Assembly (NCBI GenBank): GCA_028291945.1
Contig: JAQGNH010000120.1
Location: 30,328-94,327, forward strand
DNA: 64,000 nt
Source: Betaproteobacteria bacterium
GTDB taxonomy: Bacteria > Pseudomonadota > Gammaproteobacteria > Burkholderiales > SG8-41
Direction: 5' to 3'
Below the pieces are notes generated by a model. That model was not told where the DNA came from. It did not search any database and saw only the letters and a program-made list of their open reading frames with translations. Shown here one piece after another: positions 38,063 to 46,886 of the stretch. Position numbers and translations under genes: made by a program. Position 1 is the first letter of the stretch, and every line of letters starts with the position of its first letter.

Positions 38063-39025
38063 TTATTTTAAAGCGCGGGCGGTCCCGACATCCAGGCTGG
38101 TCGTGGCTGGACGCGCATCGGAAGGACTGACCTGTGCGCGCGCGGTATCCTCCACAACTTCCCAGTGATCCTTCTGCCAGCGGAATAGCTGCGGACTGAC
38201 TGCGCGAACAGCTTTGCGTGACTCGTTGATCGCTATTTGGCGCAGCGTACGAATGTCATCACTGGTCAGGGCGGACCCGAAAATGACGGTGTTCGAAGCG
38301 GGAACGCTGACTATGAGGTCACCGGGACGCGCTTTGGCGACCTCCGCCCACTCGGCGTGCATGAGAAGACGACTCGGCTCGAACTCGTCCTCGGTCAGGA
38401 CCTGAAAACGAGTGCCGCGGAGAGGTAACGCCCTTTCGAGTATCGGCGCTTTCGCCTCGCGCGTGTTCTTCAATGCCAGATCGTAAGCGGCGGGCTCCTC
38501 GAGCTTGAGTATGCGTAGCGTGTCAGCGGTGGCGTAGCGCGTGAATGAAGGCCCGCTGATCGCAAGTATGATCCACAGCTCGCCTACGTACTGCTTTGCT
38601 ACGGCCGGAAGCATCCCGTTCTGCTTGTGAGCTTCGCTCAGCGCGTGAACCCACGCGGCGGGTCTAAGCACCACCCGCAGCATGTCCCGTTCGATGGGCC
38701 GGGTAACCTCGCCGAAAACCTGGAATGCTGCTTCGACGAGCTTCTCGGCCTCTTCGGCGCATCGACCTTCGAGAGCAACACAGTGACTGTGCAGGTCGGA
38801 CAGGTTGGCATCCACGGACATACCGGAAGGTGCCCCGAGCTTGATGGCGAGAGGTCCGACTATCGTGATCCGTACGGGCAAGCCCTCCGGACGCATATCT
38901 TTCATGCGTTCAGCGACGTAGGAGGTGAATTCAGCGCGCTCGACCGGGACGGCCTGTGCAATGGCTACGGCCGGTACGGCGAGCAGCGAAAAGGCAAGCA
39001 GAAGGTTCAGCGGCCGAATTAACAT
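38063..39025 (-). CDS. exported hypothetical protein
   Basis: Signal peptide MLIRPLNLLLAFSLLAVPAVAIAQA from ATG 39025. 320 aa. No family recognised. Confidence 0.5.
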   Translation of the reverse strand: MLIRPLNLLLAFSLLAVPAVAIAQAVPVERAEFTSYVAERMKDMRPEGLPVRITIVGPLAIKLGAPSGMSVDANLSDLHSHCVALEGRCAEEAEKLVEAAFQVFGEVTRPIERDMLRVVLRPAAWVHALSEAHKQNGMLPAVAKQYVGELWIILAISGPSFTRYATADTLRILKLEEPAAYDLALKNTREAKAPILERALPLRGTRFQVLTEDEFEPSRLLMHAEWAEVAKARPGDLIVSVPASNTVIFGSALTSDDIRTLRQIAINESRKAVRAVSPQLFRWQKDHWEVVEDTARAQVSPSDARPATTSLDVGTARALK

Positions 39026-39529
39026 AGTGTTGCGACAGAAAGGCTGGCGAAAATCACCAATCGTCGCTTCCTCCGTTTTCAACACATGACACATGTCATC
39101 GTAGCCAAGGGTGGTTCGGGTCCGGCGGTATTAGTTCACGGTGTCAGCGGGATCGCAGTGTTCCTTAAAGCACGGTTGAGCACGTTAGCAAGTATGATAC
39201 CGCTGTCTTTGAGGAAATAGTGCCTCCTTAGAACAGGGCACGAGGACCAGAAGTTCCAGGCCAGCGGCCCTACCCACTGGACCCGCATTCACGCGTGTGC
39301 CGCGGCGGCCGCTAAGCTGCTTGGGCGCTCGGCATAACCGTCCGGTGGTGCGCTTTAAGCGGCACCGCGTGTCCCCGTTGCTGCGACGGTAACGGGCGGT
39401 TTCATCTGCGGCTATCACAACAGTTCACCTTCCGCTGTCGTGTCGACGCGAACCCGCACGGAGGCACGCCACCCCATCGGCATAGCGCTTGCTGCAGTGT
39501 CCCCCGCTCGGGTGGGCATTGGAGGTCGC

Positions 39530-39709
39530 ATGGACCAATGGTTGTTTCTCCGCGTGACAGCGGAGGACGGCACAGGCTGGCGCTGGGAAAGGCACAACGA
39601 CGAAGGCGAAGTCGTTGAAGCCGGAACCCGTACGTTTGCGGATTACTCGCAAGCGCTCGGCGACGCGATGCGGCACGGGTACCTGAGCGACGTCAAGACA
39701 TTGCCTTGA
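39530..39709 (+). CDS. small hypothetical protein (59 aa)
   Basis: GGAGG lies 5 nt upstream of ATG 39530. MDQWLFLRVTAEDGTGWRWERHNDEGEVVEAG...DAMRHGY. I recall similar small Trp-rich proteins in Burkholderiales, but this is unverified. Confidence 0.4.
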   Translation: MDQWLFLRVTAEDGTGWRWERHNDEGEVVEAGTRTFADYSQALGDAMRHGYLSDVKTLP

Positions 39710-39931
39710 AGGCGTGCGGATGCGGCCGCTCGCGCGCGCCGGTCAGATCGACGTTTCCGGGTGCGCGATGCATCCGCTGATTCCAAAGAGGGCGTTCCGA
39801 CATCTGTAGCACTGAGATGGCGCAATTTCTCGGGAAGCCACACGCGGCGGAATGGCGGGCTTCTTGGCCACATCAACGCGCCGGCTTAAACGTTGATAGG
39901 GAATGTCTGCTTCTGCGAGGTATCGCTGCAA

Positions 39932-40924
39932 TCAGATCTTGAACGCTTCCATCGTCTCGGGCGCAAAAAGCGTTTCAGGTTCGAGACGATGCTTCGAGAG
40001 GCCCTGCTCGTGGTGGTAGCGGAGGAACGTGTCCAGCCCCGCGCGGTTTCGCCCGAAGCCGTACGGCCACCAGTCATGGCCCATGTCGCGCCGCACGTCC
40101 TCGATCTCTGCAATCATCCAAGGCAGCATCGTGCGCAGCGCCGCTGTTTCGTACAGTTCGTCATACGCAATCTTCTGCGACTGCACAAAAGCTTTGTATA
40201 GCGACATCGCGATCCATGGGTTTCGTTCATACACCTCACGCTTTATCGCGATCGCGTGCATGATCGGGAAGATTCTGGTCTTGCGGTAATAAGCGCGCTC
40301 AACGTCGATATAAGGTTCGAACAGGCGCTTCACCTTGTCCGGCTGCGTATGCAACGTAGAAGGCATGCGCGGGCTGTGCAGCGCGTCGATCTCGCCTGCT
40401 GCCAGCATCTGCGACAGTGTCTTTTCGGGGCCGATGGGGCGCACCTTGATCTGCGGCGGGAGGTCAAGCTTGAGCTTTTCCTCGCGTCCCGGCTCCTCCT
40501 GGCCCCCGGTGAAGTATTCGCAGCTCTCTACGTTCACCCCGTACTCGTCCTGCAATATTCCGCGTATCCATACCGGCGCAGTCATTTGATACTCGGGCGT
40601 ACCGATGCGCTTTCCAGCGAGATCCTCAGGCTCGCGTATGCCACTCTTCGTCGAAACGAATATGCAGGAATGGCGGAACATGCGCGAAGGAAACACGGGT
40701 ATTGCGACGAACGGTCTCGGCTCGCGAAACAACGATACGGTATACGACGACAGGGACAGCTCGGCGACATCGAACTCTCGGTTGCGCAGCATCCGGAAGA
40801 ACGTTTCCTCGACCGGCAGATCGAGGAAATTGAGGTCAATGCCATCGGGCTGTACGCGACCGTCGGCGAGCGCGCGCATGCGGTCGTAGGCCCAGCAGGA
40901 GAGAGTCAGGCGCAATTTGGACAT
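39932..40924 (-). CDS. 4,5-dihydroxyphthalate decarboxylase-like protein (periplasmic-binding-protein fold family)
   Basis: MSKLRLTLSCWAYDRMRALADGRVQPDGIDLNF..FFRMLRNREFDVAELSLSSY..FVAIPVFPSRMFRHSCIFV..GTPEYQMTAPVWIRGILQDEYGV matches proteins annotated this way. Confidence 0.7.
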   Translation of the reverse strand: MSKLRLTLSCWAYDRMRALADGRVQPDGIDLNFLDLPVEETFFRMLRNREFDVAELSLSSYTVSLFREPRPFVAIPVFPSRMFRHSCIFVSTKSGIREPEDLAGKRIGTPEYQMTAPVWIRGILQDEYGVNVESCEYFTGGQEEPGREEKLKLDLPPQIKVRPIGPEKTLSQMLAAGEIDALHSPRMPSTLHTQPDKVKRLFEPYIDVERAYYRKTRIFPIMHAIAIKREVYERNPWIAMSLYKAFVQSQKIAYDELYETAALRTMLPWMIAEIEDVRRDMGHDWWPYGFGRNRAGLDTFLRYHHEQGLSKHRLEPETLFAPETMEAFKI

Positions 40925-41030
40925 CGTTTTAGAGCCTCATCTCAAGGACGCAGCAGAGCGAGTTCCGCGAAGACTAACCTTTAGGTTGCGTGCGAGCCCA
41001 AAATCAACAGCGAAAACAAAAGTAGCCGCG

Positions 41031-42314
41031 TCACACCGTCAAGGGATCCGTATTCAACGGCGCGAAGAGACCATGTCGCGCATGGTCTTTGAAGTGCTTG
41101 TCGCGAGGAAGCACGATCGAGCAGGAGCGCACGTGCTGCTCGCCCGGGTCCAGACCGGGCAGTCGTTGACCGAGGCGATTGTCCTCTGCGGCTTTCAGCA
41201 GCATCCGGCGCGTGCGCACGATGCCCAGGTCCGTCGGACACAGGTTCTCGCGCGCGCGGTCCTGTATCGGCCCCATCGATTCCTGCAGTGACGCGTCCTG
41301 CATGCCTATGCCCTCGATGCCTGAATAATGAATACCTGCCTTCTGGGCTCCGCGATCGATGAGGTAATCATTGGTCTTGTTCGCGAGCGGAATGAACGTT
41401 CCGGGCACGTATTTCACGTGTATTCCCGCGCCGTCGTTCATGGCAGTGCGTTCCGCATCGGTGAGCGCGCGCGCAGGGTGGTAATTGATGCTCCATGCCC
41501 AGCAGTTTTGATCGTCTATCGGCACCCACGCATGGGCGCCGAGCGGGTGTCCTGCGCGAGGCGGAATGATCGTGTACCACGGCATGATCCACGGGGTGAT
41601 GCGCCAATAGTACTTGTCCTCTTCTGCATTCCTGCGAGCGCCGATGAGCAGTCCGCCTTCGAAGTCGACGACGTCGAAGTGAGGCATCTTGTCGCCTTCG
41701 TTGTACTCGTTGCCTTTACTGCCGACAAACAGCGGGTCACGCTTCAATGCGCCTGAGTGCAGAAAGCTCACGTGTGACGAATCGATCCCGCCTTCCAGCG
41801 CCTGCAGATAATTGGATTCCTGCAGACGTTTCGACACGAAACGGCGCTCCGGCGACACCTTCACCCATTCGAGCGCGGGGGGCTCGGGCTCGAGCTCCGG
41901 CGGGCCCATGTAGGTCCAGATGAGACCCGCGGCCTCGATGCATGGATACGATTTCAGCTTCATGCGCTTGCGCATGGGACCGTTCGCGCCTTCGGAAGGT
42001 AAATCGACGCACTGGCCGGTGATGTCGTACTTCCAGCCGTGGTAAGGGCAGCGCAGCCCGCATTCTTCGTTGCGTCCGAACCAGAGCGACACGCCGCGAT
42101 GCGCGCAGAATTCGTCGATAAGACCGATGCGGCCCTGAGTGTCTCGAAACGCGACGAGTCGCTCGCCGAGCAGCTTAGTGCGCACCGGCGGACAATCCGG
42201 CTCGGGCAGCTCACTACCGTGCAGCGCCGGAATCCAGTACCTACGGAATAGCGCCCCCAGGATCGTCCCCGGGCCGGTCTGCGTTAGTGCGTCGTTCTGC
42301 TCCTGGGTAATCAT
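41031..42314 (-). CDS. Rieske non-heme iron oxygenase, phthalate-dioxygenase (class IA) type alpha subunit
   Basis: Rieske motif CAHRG...CPYHGW. AGGAGG lies 5 nt upstream of ATG 42314. About 427 aa, single-subunit type. Confidence 0.88.
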   Translation of the reverse strand: MITQEQNDALTQTGPGTILGALFRRYWIPALHGSELPEPDCPPVRTKLLGERLVAFRDTQGRIGLIDEFCAHRGVSLWFGRNEECGLRCPYHGWKYDITGQCVDLPSEGANGPMRKRMKLKSYPCIEAAGLIWTYMGPPELEPEPPALEWVKVSPERRFVSKRLQESNYLQALEGGIDSSHVSFLHSGALKRDPLFVGSKGNEYNEGDKMPHFDVVDFEGGLLIGARRNAEEDKYYWRITPWIMPWYTIIPPRAGHPLGAHAWVPIDDQNCWAWSINYHPARALTDAERTAMNDGAGIHVKYVPGTFIPLANKTNDYLIDRGAQKAGIHYSGIEGIGMQDASLQESMGPIQDRARENLCPTDLGIVRTRRMLLKAAEDNRLGQRLPGLDPGEQHVRSCSIVLPRDKHFKDHARHGLFAPLNTDPLTV

Positions 42315-42560
42315 CGATCCTCCTGCCGAAGTAAAGGTGAACGGGACATTCACCCCTCGACCGCAACGGCGCTGTGCTGCGTCAGCAGCCCGCCGCCCGC
42401 TGCGTCGTTGTGGTTATCGCGAAAAGTTGACCATACAATAGTTCGCGCGGTCAATTGGCGACTATAGGAAGCAATGGGACCCTCGGCCCTGACAGAATGC
42501 AACCGATGCGCCCTGCATCCGCTGCCCGCAGGACTACTCTGCTGCACTGCGGCGCGATCG

Positions 42561-43520
42561 ATGCGAGCGCTTCGGCTTCTTTGTATGTGTGTAGCAGTGC
42601 TGTGCGCGCCGGCCGCTGCGCAAACGTGGCCTGCGAAGCCCGTCCGAGTGATCGCACCGTTCACGCCTGGCGGCGCGGCCGACACGCTCGGCCGCATCGT
42701 GGGCGGAAAACTCACCGAAAGCCTCGGCCAGAATTTCGTGATCGAGAATCGTGCCGGTGCCGGCGGCGTCATCGGATCGGATCTCGTGGCGAAAAGCGCA
42801 CCCGACGGTTACACGTTCGTGATATCCGGAGTGGCCTCGCACGTGGTGGCGCCTGCAATCGGAAAAGTGCCCTTCGATGCGCTCAGGGATTTCGCTCACA
42901 TTGCCCTGATCGGCGGTCCGCCAGCCGTATTTGCAGTGCATCCGTCGATGCCGGCAAAAGATTTGAAAGCGTTTCTCGCACTCGCGAAGTCGCAGCCCGG
43001 CCAGCTCACGTATGGCTCGCCCGGCAACGGCACCCAAGGTCAGTTGGTCGCCGAGTTGTTCAAGCGCAGCACCGGGATCGATATCAGGCACGTACCCTAC
43101 AAAGGCGCGAGTCTCGCGGTCATCGATGTCATGGCTGGACACATTCACTCGATTTCGACCACACTGAGCACGGCAAGCGCGCAGATTCGGGCCGGCCGCC
43201 TCAGAGCGCTCGCGGTGAGCTCTGCTGAGCGGCTACCCGACTATGCGCAAGTGCCGACCTTCCGCGAGCTAGGCTATCCGCAGTTGGTCGCCATCGTCTG
43301 GTTCGGACTTTCCGGTCCTGCCGGAGTGCCGGCAGACATCGTGAATCGGCTCAACAGCGAAGTGCGGCGGATCGTGCAGATGAACGATGTGCGCGAGCGT
43401 TTCCGGGTGGATGGCATCGAGCCTGCGGCGCTGGACGTGAAAGCATTCAACGCATTCATGGCCGCTGAAATCGAGCGCTGGACACCGGTCGTCCGTGCAT
43501 CGGGAGCGCGGCTGGATTGA
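42561..43520 (+). CDS. Bug/TctC-family tripartite tricarboxylate transporter substrate-binding protein
   Basis: Signal peptide ending AAAQ, then WPAKPVRVIAPFTPGGAADTLGR, the hallmark Bug N-terminus. Confidence 0.88.
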   Translation: MRALRLLCMCVAVLCAPAAAQTWPAKPVRVIAPFTPGGAADTLGRIVGGKLTESLGQNFVIENRAGAGGVIGSDLVAKSAPDGYTFVISGVASHVVAPAIGKVPFDALRDFAHIALIGGPPAVFAVHPSMPAKDLKAFLALAKSQPGQLTYGSPGNGTQGQLVAELFKRSTGIDIRHVPYKGASLAVIDVMAGHIHSISTTLSTASAQIRAGRLRALAVSSAERLPDYAQVPTFRELGYPQLVAIVWFGLSGPAGVPADIVNRLNSEVRRIVQMNDVRERFRVDGIEPAALDVKAFNAFMAAEIERWTPVVRASGARLD

Positions 43521-43540
43521 GGGGCTGAACTCAGAAATCG

Positions 43541-44590
43541 ATGAACGCCGAAGTGAGGAACACTGAAATGCGATGGACGGCAAGGTCCGCCGTGTTGCCG
43601 CGAGTCGCCATCGCGCTCGGCGACCCGGCCGGCATCGGGCCGGAAATTGCGCTGAAGGCGGCACTCGACCCCGTGGTGCGTGCGATGTGCCGCCCGGTCT
43701 TGTTCGGAGACCGGCGTGCCCTCGAAGCACATGCTCGATGCTGTGGCATGTCCGTTCGCATCGAATCCATCACGAACGCACGCGATGTCCAGATCAACTG
43801 CGATGACATCGCGCTTGTGAATCGTGACCAATTTGCGGAAGGACAATTGCGGCTCGGTCAGCTTGCTGCCGCGCATGGAGAGTCCGCGCTCGATTCGGCA
43901 CGTGCCGCGATCAGCGCGGCTCTGGCGGGAGAGGTGGAGGCTGTGGTGGCCGCGCCGCAGACGGAGAGCGCGATCAAGCTTACGGGTATCGAGTTTGACG
44001 GTTATCCGACGTTCGTCGCGCGATGCACAGGAACGCCGGCGGAGGACGCGTTCCTCATGCTGTGTTTCGACCGCGAAGGTCGCGAGACGCGTATCGTTCA
44101 CACAACCTTGCACGTCAGCCTGCGCAGAGCACTCGATCTCGTCACGCAGCCGCGCGTGGAGCATGTGATCCGTGCCGCGGATGCCGCGCTGCGGCGCATC
44201 GGTATCGCCTCGCCTCGTATCTCCGTGGCCGGAGTCAATCCACACGCGAGTGAGTCGGGCCTCTTCGGCGATGAGGAAGAGCACATCATCGCCCCCGCGA
44301 TAGCAGCAGTGAAGGCAAGTGGCATCGACGCCGCAGGACCGTTTGGTGCGGACACGATGCTTCACATGTCCGGATACGACGCATTCATCGTGATGTACCA
44401 CGACCAGGGACATATCGCTGCGAAGGCGATGGCGCGCAATCGCACGGCGGGCCTGACGATCGGCACGCCGGTGCTGTTTTCGTCGGTTGCACACGGTAGC
44501 GCGCTCGATATCGCGGGGAAGAATCAGGCCGACTCCAGCGCCATGGTAGAAGCCATACGACGCCTGGTCGGTGGGACACTGCAAAAATGA
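43541..44590 (+). CDS. PdxA-family NAD-dependent dehydrogenase (4-hydroxythreonine-4-phosphate dehydrogenase / TphB-like)
   Basis: IALGDPAGIGPEI N-terminal motif, GVNPHASE, VMYHDQGHI, SVAHGSALDIAGKN. Confidence 0.85.
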   Translation: MNAEVRNTEMRWTARSAVLPRVAIALGDPAGIGPEIALKAALDPVVRAMCRPVLFGDRRALEAHARCCGMSVRIESITNARDVQINCDDIALVNRDQFAEGQLRLGQLAAAHGESALDSARAAISAALAGEVEAVVAAPQTESAIKLTGIEFDGYPTFVARCTGTPAEDAFLMLCFDREGRETRIVHTTLHVSLRRALDLVTQPRVEHVIRAADAALRRIGIASPRISVAGVNPHASESGLFGDEEEHIIAPAIAAVKASGIDAAGPFGADTMLHMSGYDAFIVMYHDQGHIAAKAMARNRTAGLTIGTPVLFSSVAHGSALDIAGKNQADSSAMVEAIRRLVGGTLQK

Positions 44591-44715
44591 TGAATGCGAA
44601 TGATGAATGAGCAATCAGCAGCTTCCTTTGATTTGAGGTCCGTATCCGGCTTGAGACAGGCCGTACGGGCTCTTAGTGCCTGGCAGCCGTATTCCGTATT
44701 CATCATTCATCATTC
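44585..44715. repeat. AT-rich AATGATGAATG boxes: two direct copies, and about 90 bp away two inverted copies, upstream of pcaH
   Basis: aatgatgaatg at 44586-44596 and 44599-44609. Reverse complement cattcatcatt at 44704-44714, plus a 10/11 copy at 44697-44707. A related gaatgaatgatg lies at 46008-46019 after pcaG. Confidence 0.6.
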
Positions 44716-44724
44716 GGAATTGCT

Positions 44725-45429
44725 ATGACTGATCCCACTCCCTACCGACGGCCGTACAGACAGACGCAGCCGGAGTATTTCTATCCACCCTACAGGTCGA
44801 CGGCCAAGCGTGCGCCCACCCGGCCGCTGGTCATGCCGCCGCAAACCATTTCAGAAGTGACGGGCCCCCTCTTCGGGCACGAAGACGTGAAGCCGGAAGA
44901 GGCCGACCTCACTGCGCAGCACGCCGGGGAGCCGCTCGGCGAGCGCATGATCGTGACGGGCCGCGTGCTCGAAGAGACCGGTCGGCCCGTGTGCAATGCG
45001 CTCGTCGAGATCTGGCAGGCGAACGCTGCCGGCCGTTACCGGCATGCAACAGATAACCACGACGCGCCTCTGGACCCGAACTTCACGGGTTGCGGGCGCG
45101 TGCTGACCGACGGCGACGGACGCTATCGCTTCAAGACCATCAAACCGGGCGCGTACCCGTGGCGTAATCATTACAACGCGTGGCGGCCTGCGCACGTTCA
45201 TCTTTCGATCTTCGGGCGCGGCTTCATGCAGCGACTCGTCACGCAGTTTTACTTTCCAGGCGACCCGCTGCTGCCGTACGATCCGATGTTCATGAGCGTT
45301 CCCGACGAACGCGCCCGTCATAACCTAATCGCCGAGTTCGACTGGGAACACACGATTCCGGAGCATGCGATCGCATACCGCTTCGACATCGTGCTGCGCG
45401 GACGCGACGCTACACCGATGGGTGCATGA
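44725..45429 (+). CDS. pcaH: protocatechuate 3,4-dioxygenase beta subunit
   Basis: VEIWQANAAGRYRH, DPNFTGCGR, FKTIKPGAYPWRNHYNAWRPAHVHLSIFG. Confidence 0.93.
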   Translation: MTDPTPYRRPYRQTQPEYFYPPYRSTAKRAPTRPLVMPPQTISEVTGPLFGHEDVKPEEADLTAQHAGEPLGERMIVTGRVLEETGRPVCNALVEIWQANAAGRYRHATDNHDAPLDPNFTGCGRVLTDGDGRYRFKTIKPGAYPWRNHYNAWRPAHVHLSIFGRGFMQRLVTQFYFPGDPLLPYDPMFMSVPDERARHNLIAEFDWEHTIPEHAIAYRFDIVLRGRDATPMGA

Positions 45430-45430
45430 C

Positions 45431-45994
45431 ATGAGTCTGCTTCTGACCGCCGCGCAAACGGTCGGCCCGTTTGTCGCCATCAGCTTCGAGCACACCCAGG
45501 TGCAGGACGTCGCGCCGCCGGGCGTGAGCGGGGAACGCATCGTCATCCAGGGCCGCGTGCTGGATGGTGATGGCAAGCCGGTCGAGGATGCAGTGCTGGA
45601 GACGTGGCAAGCTAATGGCCATGGCAAATACTCCCATCCGGAAGACACACGCGAGAAACTGCTCGACCCTGCGTTCAAAGGATTCGGACGCGTTTTGAGC
45701 AACCGGCACGGCGTGTTTCGATTCAGCACGATCAAGCCGGGGCGCGTGCCCGGTCCCAACGACGTGCTGCAAGCGCCGCATCTCGTCGTGCTCGTTTTCA
45801 TGCGCGGGCTTTTGAAACATCTCGTGACCCGTGTGTATTTTCCGGACGAAGCCGCAAATCGTGAGGATCCGGTGCTGGGACTCGTTCCAGCTGAGCGGCG
45901 GTCCACCCTCGTCGCAGCTAGGGTCGGAGACGGCCTGCTCGAATGGAACGTCGTGCTCCAGGGCCAGAACGAAACGGTGTTCTTCGATTACTAG
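45431..45994 (+). CDS. pcaG: protocatechuate 3,4-dioxygenase alpha subunit
   Basis: ATG 45431 is 1 nt after the pcaH stop. TAAQTVGPFVAISF, LETWQANGHGKYSHPED, FSTIKPGRVPG. Confidence 0.9.
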   Translation: MSLLLTAAQTVGPFVAISFEHTQVQDVAPPGVSGERIVIQGRVLDGDGKPVEDAVLETWQANGHGKYSHPEDTREKLLDPAFKGFGRVLSNRHGVFRFSTIKPGRVPGPNDVLQAPHLVVLVFMRGLLKHLVTRVYFPDEAANREDPVLGLVPAERRSTLVAARVGDGLLEWNVVLQGQNETVFFDY

Positions 45995-46136
45995 CGTGTC
46001 CTCGAAAGAACTTGCGGAATGAATGATGTTCATGGTTCGACAGGCTCACCACGAACGACACGCTATTTCCAGAACGCTCCCACTAGTCGTGCGAGGCCGT
46101 GACCCTTTACCGCGCTGACGCGCGGGGCTTGCGGCG

Positions 46137-46817
46137 CTATGAGCCTTGCTGCGCGTCGAAGCCCTGCGCGAACAGGCCGCGGTCCAGCAGCAGCTGCCAT
46201 AGGGCGAGCCAGGTCGGCCAGTCGTGACCACCCGGTATCGCGGCTACGCGATACCGCGGCAAGCATTCGCGGAGCAGCACGCTCGCTGAAATGAATCGGT
46301 CCTGTTCTCCATAGCCCAGATGAATGGGCGGCAGCGACGCCTGGGGACCGGATTCCCTCAGCCAATCCAGCACGTGCCGCTCGTCGTCGGTTGGAGCGAG
46401 TTCACCCGGCTGCCACATCTTCAATCCACCCGCGCGAACGACCTCGTGGAGCGTTCCGGGAGCACCGAGATACGGTGCCAGCACGACCACACCTTGAACA
46501 TGTTCCCGGTGCGCCCGCGCACACATCAACGCGCCTAATCCGCCCAGCGAAATGCCCATCAGCCAGATGTCGCGATACCCCTGCTTCCGGGCGGGAACGA
46601 CAATGTCTTCAGTGAGCCGCTCCACGACGTTGCGGTCGAGGTAATAGCCGTCATGAGCATCCGCCACCACAACCGAAACCGGCAGTCCGCGCTCGCGCAG
46701 TGCGACGATGAAACCAGCGCGGATGATATCTTCCGGCTTATGCATTGCGCCGGGCAGCATGATTAATAGCACATCGCGTGTGCTTTGCTGAGGCACCCTA
46801 TCGTGGATCGTTCTCAT
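46137..46817 (-). CDS. alpha/beta hydrolase (esterase/thioesterase candidate); last gene of the lipid cluster
   Basis: Nucleophile elbow GISLGG. 226 aa. 69-nt gap after the MMPL gene on the same strand. Confidence 0.7.
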   Translation of the reverse strand: MRTIHDRVPQQSTRDVLLIMLPGAMHKPEDIIRAGFIVALRERGLPVSVVVADAHDGYYLDRNVVERLTEDIVVPARKQGYRDIWLMGISLGGLGALMCARAHREHVQGVVVLAPYLGAPGTLHEVVRAGGLKMWQPGELAPTDDERHVLDWLRESGPQASLPPIHLGYGEQDRFISASVLLRECLPRYRVAAIPGGHDWPTWLALWQLLLDRGLFAQGFDAQQGS

Positions 46818-46886
46818 CGGCAGTGTGCGATCGTGCGGCGTTCCGATTGCGTTGTGCGTGTCGACTGTCAGAAGGTCCGCTCCTGC

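Noticed and set aside
43274-44614. 446-aa minus-strand ORF covering the PdxA-like gene.
   Set aside because: The plus-strand frame carries the PdxA motifs (GDPAGIGPEI, GVNPHASE, YHDQGHI). The minus-strand product is Arg-rich with no domain features.
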